DNA of 43,537 nucleotides from Ktedonobacterales bacterium. GTDB taxonomy: Bacteria > Chloroflexota > Ktedonobacteria > Ktedonobacterales > JADMIN01. The position numbers and the translations under genes are program-made. The notes under the pieces were generated by a model. It worked only from the letters and a program-made list of their open reading frames with translations. It did not search any database and had not been told where the DNA came from. Where the stretch lies: NCBI GenBank assembly GCA_025450405.1, contig JANWHL010000104.1:1-43537 (forward strand), written 5' to 3'. Shown in pieces: positions 18,189-26,326 of the stretch (position 1 is the stretch's first letter; every line of letters starts with the position of its first letter).

Positions 18189-18272
18189 TGAGGAGCCCGC
18201 GAATCGAAACGCGCGCACCCCGCAACCGCCGGCACGGTCGCGAGTGCCGCCGCGCAATCTAGTAGCGGCTCC

Positions 18273-19484
18273 GTGACGATGAGGGAGGAGCTCGTGCACA
18301 TTGTTGTGCTGGGCGGCGGTGGGGCGATGGGCCGGATCACCGTGCGCGCCCTGGTTGAGGACAAGCGTGTGACGCGCGTGACGGTCGCGGACGCGCGCCC
18401 AGCGGCCGCCGAGCGCGCGCTGGCCTGGCTCAACAAGGGGCGCGACAAAGCCGCGGCCGCCGCCTGTGACGTCCGCGATGCCGACGGGCTCGCGGCACTC
18501 CTGCATGGGTCGGACGCAGTCGTCAACGCGACCGACTATACGTTCAACCTGGAAGTCATGCGCGCCGCGCTGAGCGCACACGTGCCCTACGCCGACCTCG
18601 GTGGGCTCTTCCACATGACACGGCGTCAATACGAGCTCGATGCCGCGTTCCGTGCGGCTGGGCTCACCGCCGTTCTCGGCATCGGCAGCACGCCGGGTAT
18701 CACCAATCTGCTCGCGGCGATCGCCGTTGAGTCGCTCGATCGGGTGGAGCGGCTCGATGTGCGCATTGGCTGCTCGGATGGGAGCGTAGCCGGCGACACG
18801 TTTGTCGCTCCCTATTCCATTCGCACGATCTTCGACGAATGTACGCTGCAACCCATGGTGTATCGCGCCGGCCGCTGGAGTCCCGTGGCGCCGATGAGCG
18901 GCCAGGAAGAGGTTGATTTTCCCGCGCCAGTGGGCCGAGCCGTGGCCATGCACACCCTGCACTCCGAGGTGGCGCTCTTCCCGACATCGTACCGTGACCG
19001 TGGGCTGCGCCACGTGTCGTTCAAAATCGCCTTTCCCGAAGCGTTCCTGGCACAGTTGAAGCTGTTGGTCCATATAGGTCTCGCGAGCACCAATCCAGTG
19101 TCCGTCCGCGGGCCGGCCGGGGCTGTGGAAGTGGCGCCGCGCGAGCTGGCTGTCGCGCTGCTCGCCACTCAATCGGCGCCAGGCGCTGGTGAGCTCGCCG
19201 ACTGCGACGTGCTCCGCGTCGTCGCCCGCGGCACGCGCGACGAGCGCACGGTAGAGCTCGTCGAGGAAGTGGTCGCGCTGCCATACAAGCCCTGGGCCGC
19301 GGCGGCGGGCGATGTTGATACCGGCGTACCACTGGCCATCGCCGGGATTTTGCTGGCCAGTGGCGCCGTGCTGAGCACCGGAACGGTTGGGGCGGAGCTC
19401 GCCTTCGATCCCCACGTGTTTCTCGGCGAGCTCCAAGTGTTCGGTCTGCGAGCGCGCGAGACCGTCACCCGCTCACTGAGTTGA
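18273..19484 (+). CDS. saccharopine dehydrogenase-like NAD(P)-binding oxidoreductase
   Basis: Contains VVLGGGGAMGR Rossmann motif and NATDYTFNLEVMRAAL. The start is ambiguous: GTG 18273, ATG 18279, or the GTG just after GAGGGAGGAG. Confidence 0.8.
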   Translation: MTMREELVHIVVLGGGGAMGRITVRALVEDKRVTRVTVADARPAAAERALAWLNKGRDKAAAAACDVRDADGLAALLHGSDAVVNATDYTFNLEVMRAALSAHVPYADLGGLFHMTRRQYELDAAFRAAGLTAVLGIGSTPGITNLLAAIAVESLDRVERLDVRIGCSDGSVAGDTFVAPYSIRTIFDECTLQPMVYRAGRWSPVAPMSGQEEVDFPAPVGRAVAMHTLHSEVALFPTSYRDRGLRHVSFKIAFPEAFLAQLKLLVHIGLASTNPVSVRGPAGAVEVAPRELAVALLATQSAPGAGELADCDVLRVVARGTRDERTVELVEEVVALPYKPWAAAAGDVDTGVPLAIAGILLASGAVLSTGTVGAELAFDPHVFLGELQVFGLRARETVTRSLS

Positions 19485-19573
19485 TGCGGATCGGAGTCGC
19501 CACGCGCGATTGGTGCGGCCGCATGCTGTCAATGCCGGGCCACATAACCCACGATGCGCGATGGTTCAGCCAC

Positions 19574-19602
19574 TTGCCAGGATCGGGACTATGACGTAAA
19601 CT
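19574..19602 (+). promoter_or_regulatory. promoter candidate, TTGCCA-17-TAAACT, for tRNA-Ser
   Basis: TTGCCA at 19574-19579, a 17-nt spacer, TAAACT at 19597-19602. The tRNA 5' end lies 41 nt downstream. Confidence 0.5.
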
Positions 19603-19642
19603 GGCGAGTGGACGCGCGCCGTGGCGTCCCAGGCACTTCACT

Positions 19643-19725
19643 GGAGGGATGGCAGAGCGGTTTAATGCGGCGGTCTTGAAAACCGTTGACCGAAAGGTCC
19701 GGGGGTTCGAATCCCTCTCCCTCCG
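19643..19725 (+). tRNA. tRNA-Ser (anticodon UGA)
   Basis: Hand-folded. Acceptor GGAGGGA/UCCCUCC, 3-bp D stem, anticodon loop CUUGAAA, long variable arm GACC-GAAA-GGUC, T loop UUCGAAU, discriminator G. CCA is not encoded. A 9-bp GC hairpin (19733-19759) follows. Confidence 0.9.
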
Positions 19726-19929
19726 CCCGCGCGCCGGCCCGCTTCACCGCCGGGCCGGCGCTGTCGCGATGTCATGACACCGCTGCTGACGATTCTGGCG
19801 GTGCCGGATGTTCGCGTACGTGTCCGCGGTGGTTGCCCGAATACACAGCGCTGATTGCCTGCCCGGATATGGGGCATCGTGTCACGCGACCGTGCTTCAG
19901 GTGGCCGGGACGGCGATTGGGGGCCAAAC

Positions 19930-20676
19930 ATGATGGAGTTCGCCGGCAATCTGCGTGATTATGCGCTGCCCGACGTTTTGGACTCAATTGAGACCGGTCA
20001 GCGGACGGGGCGCTTGACACTAACCAATGGCGCGCTCCGGGCTTCCATCTATTGTTCAGTTGGGCAATGGTTATTGGCCGAGCGCAGCGGTCCCGGTCAG
20101 CTCCTCGCGCAGCAATTCGCCAAGGCGGGCATTGTCAGTCCGGAGCAAATCGAGGAGGCCACCGGCGTCTCCTTCGCCCAAGCGGGAGCCATCCCCGATG
20201 TCCAGCTCGTGCGCGCGCTTATGAGCGCGCGGATGCTCAACCAGGAGCAGTTGCGCGCCTGGGCGGTCAATGACGCACTGGCCCTGCTGACCGTGATACT
20301 CACGTGGGTCGATGGCGACTTCTACTTCGAGGACAATGTCGGACTGCCCGGGGGCAGGGTGGCCCTTCCGCTCCCGATCGGCCCGTTGGTGAACCAGGCG
20401 CTCCAGCACGCTCAGTACGCCGCGCCAATGCGCGAGAGCATCCCTGTGGCGCGCGACGCCATCGTGGACTTCGTCGACGTCGATCCGGACAGCGGAGTGG
20501 CCGTCCAGCTCACGCGCGACCAATGGCGCCTGCTGACGGCCGTGGATGGCATCAGCTCCGTGGGTGGCATCGCGGCGACTCTCCAGGCGCCTGAGGGGCA
20601 TATTCTACAACTTGCGGGCGAATTGGCGGCGACGGGCGTCCTCCAGGTAGTCGGCCGCGAGCCCAGTGTCAGGTAA
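19930..20676 (+). CDS. DUF4388 domain-containing protein
   Basis: ORF 19855-20676. Start moved to ATG 19930. The N-terminus GNLRDYALPDVLDSIETGQRTGRLTL..ASIYCSVGQWLLAE matches the DUF4388 pattern. Confidence 0.7.
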   Translation: MMEFAGNLRDYALPDVLDSIETGQRTGRLTLTNGALRASIYCSVGQWLLAERSGPGQLLAQQFAKAGIVSPEQIEEATGVSFAQAGAIPDVQLVRALMSARMLNQEQLRAWAVNDALALLTVILTWVDGDFYFEDNVGLPGGRVALPLPIGPLVNQALQHAQYAAPMRESIPVARDAIVDFVDVDPDSGVAVQLTRDQWRLLTAVDGISSVGGIAATLQAPEGHILQLAGELAATGVLQVVGREPSVR

Positions 20677-20688
20677 TCGCGGCACGCC

Positions 20689-20726
20689 AACGCGTCCACC
20701 GACGGCGTCCACCGACGGCGTCCACC
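20689..20726. repeat. 13-bp tandem repeat (GACGGCGTCCACC, about 2.8 copies) between two convergent stop codons
   Basis: Full units at 20701-20713 and 20714-20726, preceded by a degenerate copy at 20689-20700. It fills the gap between the stop at 20674-20676 and the moeA stop at 20726-20728. Confidence 0.8.
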
Positions 20727-21949
20727 TATGACGCTTCCCAATGTGCCTGGTCGAGCAGGAGTGCGGGGACGTGGTCACCTGGCCGCACGACACCAGAGCC
20801 CTCTGTGACCACGATGAGAGCGCTGGCGCCAACCAGGGACGTGATGATGTGCGAGCCCTGCGGGCCCGTGGGCGTGGCCACGAGCTGGCCCGCGCGTGAG
20901 GCGAGACGCGCCCGCACGAAATGCCGCCGGTCCGCCCGCTCCAAAGGCTCGCCAGCCAGTTCCACCTCAACCTCGGGCCGAAGGAGCTCGGAACACCCCA
21001 GCATGCGGCGAATGGCGGGACGGCCAAAGAGCTCGAACGTCACCGCGGTGGACACGGGATTGCCCGGCAGACCCAGCAGCGGGGTGTTGCCGAGCATACC
21101 AAACGCCAGCGGTTTGCCCGGCCGCATGCGCACACGCCAGAACTCGACGTTGCCCTGTTCGGCGAGGATGTCTTTGACCAGGTCATAGGTACCGACGGAG
21201 ACACCGCCCGTGGTCAGGATCAGGTCGGCCCCGGCCGCCGCGCGGAGGTGCGCGCGGAGGTCGTCGGCGCGGTCGCGTGCGATGCCAAGCGGCCATGGCT
21301 CCGCCCCAGCGAGCGCGACGGCGGCGTTGAGATGTGGCGCGTTGCTGTCGTGGATCTGACCCGGTAGCAGCGGATCGCTCGCCGGGACCAGCTCGTCGCC
21401 AGTGGCGAGCAGCGCGACTCTGGGACGGCGCGCCACGGACACCGGGTCGATACCAAGCGCGGCCAGCAAAGCGATCTCGGCGGGACCGATCTCGATGCCG
21501 GACCGAAGGACCACCGTGCCCTGCTGGACATCGCTTCCGGCCTCGCGGACGTTGGTGCCCGGTGTGACCTCGGCCTCGACCTCCACCCAATCGTCCGCGG
21601 ACCGTGTGAGCTCCTGCTGGATCACGGCATCCGCGCCCGCGGGCATTGGGGCGCCAGTCAGGATACGGATCGCCGCGCCAGCGTCGAGGGTGCCTAAATA
21701 CACGCTCCCCGCCGGCACCTCTCCGGACAGGCGGAGGCGCACGCGACGGTCCGCGGCGGCCCCATCGGTCGCACCTGCGCGCACGGCGTAGCCGTCCATG
21801 GCGGAGTTGGCGAACGGGGGCAGATCTTCGCGCGCGACGACCTCTTGGGCCAGAACGCGCCCGCTGGCGGCGAGAAGTGAGACTAGCTCACTGCCCAGTG
21901 GGGTGAAGCGCGCGAGAATAGTCGCGCGGGCCTCCTCGACGGACATCAT
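20726..21949 (-). CDS. moeA: molybdopterin molybdotransferase
   Basis: Contains EDLPPFANSAMDGYAVRA, TGDELV and TTGGVSVGTYD, all typical MoeA blocks. Confidence 0.9.
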   Translation of the reverse strand: MMSVEEARATILARFTPLGSELVSLLAASGRVLAQEVVAREDLPPFANSAMDGYAVRAGATDGAAADRRVRLRLSGEVPAGSVYLGTLDAGAAIRILTGAPMPAGADAVIQQELTRSADDWVEVEAEVTPGTNVREAGSDVQQGTVVLRSGIEIGPAEIALLAALGIDPVSVARRPRVALLATGDELVPASDPLLPGQIHDSNAPHLNAAVALAGAEPWPLGIARDRADDLRAHLRAAAGADLILTTGGVSVGTYDLVKDILAEQGNVEFWRVRMRPGKPLAFGMLGNTPLLGLPGNPVSTAVTFELFGRPAIRRMLGCSELLRPEVEVELAGEPLERADRRHFVRARLASRAGQLVATPTGPQGSHIITSLVGASALIVVTEGSGVVRPGDHVPALLLDQAHWEAS

Positions 21950-22078
21950 GGTGGCGCTCCCAGGGGCTGCCGCGGCCGTGCCAGTGTTCTGGCTGGCCGG
22001 GTGAGTTGGCGCGAAGAGGCGGGCCGCGCGGACTCGCGCTGGAGGTGACAGCGGCCGTGAATGCGTCGCGCCCGCAAT

Positions 22079-22975
22079 CTAGTACGGGTACATCGGTCGG
22101 ACGCGCGGCGGCCGCGGCGGAGCGAGCACCGGTGCCCAAGACTCGCTTACCGGGCGCGTCGTGCCCAGAACGCGCGCCGCGCTGATGCTCGCGACGAAGA
22201 TCACGAAGGCGCACGAGACCGTGAAGCAGAGCGCCATCTCCAGCCACGGCGTCAGCGCCGGCTGAAACACGGTCGCAAGGGTCGTGCCCGGGTAGACCAG
22301 GGCCAGAGCCGTGACGCCCATGAGCGAGATGCGCAGTGACCGGCCCAGCGCCCCGCCCAGATCGATAGACGGCCCAAGTCCGACGGTGAGCAGGCCCACG
22401 CAGAGGATCGCGCCATCCACGCCGACATTCCCGAGCGTGACCCCATTCTCGAGCTCGCGCATCGCGTCGGTGCCCCCCATCATGGCGTTCATGCCGCCTA
22501 TGCTTGCGCCCATCGGGGCGGGTGGTGCGCCAAGTACCGGTAGCGCGTGCCCAACGGCGGCAAGCCCAAGAAAGCAGATGGCGATGAACGGCAGCGTGGC
22601 CACCAGGAATGTGATGAAGTCCGTTCGCGCCGACTTGCCAATCGCTTGACGGACCCGCCAGAAACTGGCGCTGATGAGGGTCAGCGCCACAAAGGCGCCA
22701 CCATGATTCATCATGAAGAGTTCCCAGGACGGAAACGTAGGAACCGCCCACGAGGTGACGAACGCGGCGACGTGCCCGACGGCGAAACAGGCCATGCCGG
22801 CATAGAGCAGGGCGGCCCCTTCGCCAAGCGCCCCACCGACACGCCAGCGTGTACTCGCGATCCCAGCCAACAGCGCCAGGGCGATGACGCCCGCCTGCCC
22901 AACCATCTGCCAGAGTCCCCAGGGGATAGAGGTGCCGCTGCCCATCGTGTCGGCGAGGTTTTCGGACCATGCCAT
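22079..22975 (-). CDS. hypothetical polytopic membrane protein (about 7-8 TM)
   Basis: Continuous hydrophobic helices with a Gly/Met-rich central loop (APMGASIGGMNAMMGGTDAM) and a Pro-rich C-terminal tail. The antisense and other-frame ORFs here are Arg-rich shadows. No family recognised. Confidence 0.6.
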   Translation of the reverse strand: MAWSENLADTMGSGTSIPWGLWQMVGQAGVIALALLAGIASTRWRVGGALGEGAALLYAGMACFAVGHVAAFVTSWAVPTFPSWELFMMNHGGAFVALTLISASFWRVRQAIGKSARTDFITFLVATLPFIAICFLGLAAVGHALPVLGAPPAPMGASIGGMNAMMGGTDAMRELENGVTLGNVGVDGAILCVGLLTVGLGPSIDLGGALGRSLRISLMGVTALALVYPGTTLATVFQPALTPWLEMALCFTVSCAFVIFVASISAARVLGTTRPVSESWAPVLAPPRPPRVRPMYPY

Positions 22976-23117
22976 GGCGATCTCCCCTTCCGGTCCATTG
23001 CGCCAGGAAAACGCAATCGCGCCGGCGGGCTAATCCAACGCGGTCCCCATGCGGAAACGGTCAGGAAACGGACGAGCTCCGGCGCACTCCGCAATGATAC
23101 CAGGCTTGCGCAAGGGT

Positions 23118-23162
23118 GTGAAGACACGAGAAGTCCGCGCGCGACGCGTGTCGCGCGCGGAC
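23118..23162 (-). terminator. intrinsic terminator candidate after the 23208-24322 bicistron
   Basis: Perfect 13-bp stem GTCCGCGCGCGAC/GTCGCGCGCGGAC (23133-23145 and 23150-23162) with a 4-nt loop. On the minus strand it is followed by UUCUCGUGUCUUCAC. Confidence 0.5.
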
Positions 23163-23207
23163 CCCGAGTGATCGTGCTCGCACGGAGTGGGGAGAACGGG
23201 CCGGTCC

Positions 23208-23870
23208 CTAGTTGGTGAAGATCCGGAAGATGTTGCGGCGGCCATCACCGTCCGCGCCATCGGCCTGCGGCGCCGGGCGCCCAGCGGCCTGGCCATTGCC
23301 CCAGGCGGGGTCCCCTGGCTTCGGCGCCTGGGCAACACTCGGCACGGGTGCCGTGGGCCGCTCTTCCCCGCGCGAACCCTGCCGGCCAGCCAGCCAATCA
23401 GGAACCGCGGCGGGCTTCGGGCCGCCGGTCGGCGCCCCCCCCCGCGGCATGCCTCCCCCCGAGCCACCCAGGCGCTCGTGGTCAATCCAGTCATAGGCGC
23501 CGCTCAGAGCATGCTCGCACCAGGTGGAATAGTCCTTCGGCGCGAGACCGGTGCGCTCAAAGTGGTCAAGCCGGCGCATGCTGACCAGCAGCCAATCCTC
23601 GCCCTGCTCGACCATGCGGTCAAGCAGATCCACGCCGGTCACACCGCTCCGCTGCAACCGCTCGATGGACTCGAGCTCTTGTGGCGAGGGGCGATACGAC
23701 GCCTCTTTTTGGTCGTTATCGCGGAGCTCGGCGCGCAGATTGGACATGGTCTCGTCGAGCTGGCGAGTCACCCGGTCAACATACCAGGCCATGTAGCTGT
23801 CAGAGACCTGCTGCATGCCCTCGAGCGGGATTTGCTCGTAAATCTTCGTGACGATGGTCGAATCGGCCAT
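23208..23870 (-). CDS. hypothetical protein (acidic helical N-domain plus Pro/Gly-rich tail)
   Basis: ORF 23208-23927. Start moved to ATG 23870 (SD GGGGGAGGA 4 nt upstream). The first 140 or so residues look globular (MADSTIVTKIYEQIPLEGMQQV...DYSTWCEHALSGAYDWIDHE). The remainder is a P/G/A low-complexity tail ending RRNIFRIFTN. Confidence 0.6.
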   Translation of the reverse strand: MADSTIVTKIYEQIPLEGMQQVSDSYMAWYVDRVTRQLDETMSNLRAELRDNDQKEASYRPSPQELESIERLQRSGVTGVDLLDRMVEQGEDWLLVSMRRLDHFERTGLAPKDYSTWCEHALSGAYDWIDHERLGGSGGGMPRGGAPTGGPKPAAVPDWLAGRQGSRGEERPTAPVPSVAQAPKPGDPAWGNGQAAGRPAPQADGADGDGRRNIFRIFTN

Positions 23871-23893
23871 TGAGTCCTCCCCCTCCCCTTCCC

Positions 23894-24322
23894 CTATGCC
23901 TGGTCGTCGGGCTTGTAGCGCTGCCACCAGCCGCCGACGGTGTCGGAGCCATCCGCGCCTGGCGCGGGCGCGCCAGCGGCCGACGAATCGCCGGCGGGCA
24001 ACCCAGCCATAGCGGGCAGCCCAGCCATAGCGGGAAGGTCGGCGCCGCTCGCCGCGGCACTCAGCGGCGTGCTGATAGGCGCGCCGGAGCTTGAGCCAGC
24101 AAAAGTGGGCAGGGCGGAACTGGAGCTACCACCGAGCGGGTTGCCCTGGCGAGTGAACGCGAGCAAGGCGGCGATCAATGGATTATCCAGCTCGGGCAGT
24201 GTCGTCGGATGCGGTGGCGCCATCTTTTGGACACGCTCGCGCTCCTGTTCGAGGGTGGCAATCTGGTCGCGCAGACGCCGACCCACCTCCTGATGGTGCA
24301 GCCATTGCTTGTACTTACCCAT
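23894..24322 (-). CDS. hypothetical protein (N-terminal coiled-coil plus Ala/Ser/Gly/Pro-rich region)
   Basis: SD TAGGAG upstream of ATG 24322. Contains MGKYKQWLHHQEVGRRLRDQIATLEQERERVQK, then a low-complexity region with LPAMAG x2, ending GGWWQRYKPDDQA. Lies 23 nt upstream of the next gene. Confidence 0.6.
   Translation of the reverse strand: MGKYKQWLHHQEVGRRLRDQIATLEQERERVQKMAPPHPTTLPELDNPLIAALLAFTRQGNPLGGSSSSALPTFAGSSSGAPISTPLSAAASGADLPAMAGLPAMAGLPAGDSSAAGAPAPGADGSDTVGGWWQRYKPDDQA
24002..24037. repeat. 18-bp in-frame tandem duplication inside the 142-aa ORF
   Basis: Unit 1 is cccagccatagcgggcag (24002-24019). Unit 2 is cccagccatagcgggaag (24020-24037). On the minus strand this encodes LPAMAG-LPAMAG. 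Confidence 0.85.
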
Positions 24323-24463
24323 GAGCTCCTACCTGCTCTCACCACGGAGCGGCCGCGCCCGGCGCGGTCCGCGCGCGGGTCGCCGCTCTCGGCCCGGCGT
24401 CTCCACGACCCCGCGCCACCACCTCCACACCGACCGGACGATTCCGGGCTGGCTGGCCGCGCC

Positions 24464-24492
24464 AGTATAACACAGCGCATGCGTGGGGGCAA
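24464..24492 (-). promoter_or_regulatory. promoter candidate, TTGCCC-17-TATACT (TGt extended -10), for the 23208-24322 bicistron
   Basis: Minus strand reads TTGCCC (24492-24487), a 17-nt spacer, TGT then TATACT (24469-24464). This predicts a 5' leader of about 135 nt. Confidence 0.45.
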
Positions 24493-24704
24493 TCGTCATC
24501 CGCGAGTCGCGTTTTCCGACGGATCCCGCGCGAAATCACCATTCGTCGCCCATTGACCAACCGGGAGCACCGCTTGGTGGCCCACTGGCCTTGATGGACG
24601 ATCCCACCAATCTCCACAACGGAGCGGGGACACCATGTTCACGTGGGACATGCCAAATGGGGCCATGCGGCCCACAGCCTCGCGCGGGCGCGCTCAGAGC
24701 CCGC

Positions 24705-25040
24705 TCACGCCACCAGCAGGCCGACGATGTTCATGATCGAAGCGCGCGGCGTGGTCTCGCCCCGGCCCGGCGCGCGGAAGCCCATCGCGTGCGTGATCAC
24801 TGGCGCCTCCACCGCGCGCAGTGTTTCAGCAACATATACCAACAGATCGGCCACAGAGAGATCAAGCGCCTCGGCGATGCGCTCGAGAACGATACCGGAC
24901 GGGTATTTTTTCCCCCGCTCCAGCTCACCGAGGTAGACCACCGAGAGCGCGGAGCGGCTAGCAAGCTCCTTGAGCGTCATGCCCCGCGCGTGCCGCTCCT
25001 GCCGGATGACTGTGCCAATGGTCTCTTGCAGGTCTGCCAT
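24705..25040 (-). CDS. XRE-family helix-turn-helix transcriptional regulator (ClgR-like by context)
   Basis: ORF 24705-25196. Start moved to ATG 25040 (SD GGAGGAGG). The HTH is RGMTLKELASRSALSVVYLGELERGKKYPS. The C-terminus ends in NIVGLLVA. Confidence 0.8.
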   Translation of the reverse strand: MADLQETIGTVIRQERHARGMTLKELASRSALSVVYLGELERGKKYPSGIVLERIAEALDLSVADLLVYVAETLRAVEAPVITHAMGFRAPGRGETTPRASIMNIVGLLVA

Positions 25041-25060
25041 CTGGTGGCCCCTCCTCCGAC

Positions 25061-25107
25061 CGATGCTCTCGGCATACGCGACGCGCCCAGACATGCCGAG
25101 AGCATCG
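25061..25107. promoter_or_regulatory. perfect inverted repeat (15-bp arms, 17-nt spacer) in the divergent XRE / DUF4177-clpP control region
   Basis: Left arm CGATGCTCTCGGCAT (25061-25075), right arm ATGCCGAGAGCATCG (25093-25107). The repeat ends 4 nt from the SD of the XRE gene. On the plus strand it is followed by CTTTTGCGTT. Confidence 0.7.
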
Positions 25108-25247
25108 CTTTTGCGTTCAATCATACTGCCGCGACGGCTATCGTACAAGGTGTGAACAAGGTGTATCCCAGAGTGGACACGCCGAAACGAGTCCAACCAG
25201 GTCCTGGACCGCGAGCCGGCATCCGGGCAACGCCAAAGGAGTTTGCC

Positions 25248-25544
25248 ATGCTCATTCCACCTTATCCAAGACGCCTGAGAGACCAGGAGCCTCGGTCACC
25301 TGGACACGATCCCTATCCGCCCCTGCCGCTGCCGGTGGTCTTTGAACGCGTGCCCGCACCGCGCTGGGATTACCGCGTGGTGGTCGTCGATCCCCGTGAG
25401 GAGGAGCCGCCCACGGATGACCGATTGAATGCACTGGGCGCCGAAGGTTGGCTATTGGCCGCCGTGGTAGACGCGCCAACTGGCCGATCGAGCCCACGAC
25501 TCTACTACTATTTCGTCCGTGCTCGCGCGGACGACGCCGAGTGA
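25248..25544 (+). CDS. DUF4177-like small protein
   Basis: This is the C-terminal 98 codons of the otherwise junk ORF 24483-25544. ATG 25248 has SD AAAGGAG 6 nt upstream. Pattern WDYRVVVVD...[17 protein letters not shown]...RLYYYFVRA. Confidence 0.6.
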   Translation: MLIPPYPRRLRDQEPRSPGHDPYPPLPLPVVFERVPAPRWDYRVVVVDPREEEPPTDDRLNALGAEGWLLAAVVDAPTGRSSPRLYYYFVRARADDAE

Positions 25545-25564
25545 GCGCAGGAGGAGGCAAGACC

Positions 25565-26257
25565 ATGCGCGACGTGAATTTGTTGGTGCCGACCATCATC
25601 GAGAACAGCACGCGCGGTGAGCGTGCCTATGACTTGTTTTCGCGGCTGCTACGCGAGCACATCATTCTGATCAACGGCCCCATCGAGGAGCAGATGGCGG
25701 GGCTCATCGTGGCCGAATTGCTCTTTCTGGCCAGCGAAAGCTCGAACCGCGAGATCAGCATCTACATAAACTCGCCGGGCGGCGTGATCACGGCCGGCAT
25801 GGCGATCTACGATACCATGCGCTCCCTGCGCTGCCCGGTCGCGACCTACTGCGTGGGCCAGGCGGCGAGCTTTGGCACCATCCTCTTGATGGCAGGCGAC
25901 CCGGGCCGGCGCTTCGCGCTGCCCCATGCCCGCGTTCACCTGCACCAGCCGCTCATCCAGGGCCAAGGGGTCGCCGGCCAGGTGACCGACATCGACATCC
26001 ACGCCCGCGAAATGCTCCACACGCGCGATGTGCTCAACGACGTCATCGCCCTCCACACCGGCCAGCCGCTGGATCGCATCCGCCACGACACCGAGCGCGA
26101 CTTCTTCCTGAGCGCCGAGCAGGCGAAGGACTATGGTATCGTGGATGACGTGCTGGCGCTGGAAGATTGGAAAGCGCGCAGTGCGCTGGACAAGCCAGCC
26201 GGCCCCGAAGCGCTTGGGCGCGAAGGACGTAAAGAGGTGAGTGGGCTCTTGCGGTGA
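25565..26257 (+). CDS. clpP: ATP-dependent Clp protease proteolytic subunit
   Basis: ORF 25448-26257. Start moved to ATG 25565 (SD GGAGGAGG). The Ser-His-Asp triad context is intact ([30 protein letters not shown]). A C-terminal extension of about 35 aa is present. Confidence 0.9.
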   Translation: MRDVNLLVPTIIENSTRGERAYDLFSRLLREHIILINGPIEEQMAGLIVAELLFLASESSNREISIYINSPGGVITAGMAIYDTMRSLRCPVATYCVGQAASFGTILLMAGDPGRRFALPHARVHLHQPLIQGQGVAGQVTDIDIHAREMLHTRDVLNDVIALHTGQPLDRIRHDTERDFFLSAEQAKDYGIVDDVLALEDWKARSALDKPAGPEALGREGRKEVSGLLR

Positions 26258-26326
26258 TGTTCGTTCGCGCGTGGTGAGCATGCTGTGGGTGGCCTTGCTC
26301 ACCGCGCGCGATGAAGGAGGCAACGC

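Noticed and set aside
19643-19929. tRNA-Ser as an integration hotspot or genomic island border.
   Set aside because: There is no integrase, no duplicated tRNA 3' segment and no mobile genes on either side. Downstream genes are ordinary (DUF4388, moeA).
24483-25247. The N-terminal 255 codons of the 353-aa ORF 24483-25544.
   Set aside because: It is antisense to the XRE gene and its control region and has junk composition. Only the last 98 codons (DUF4177-like, with their own SD) look real.
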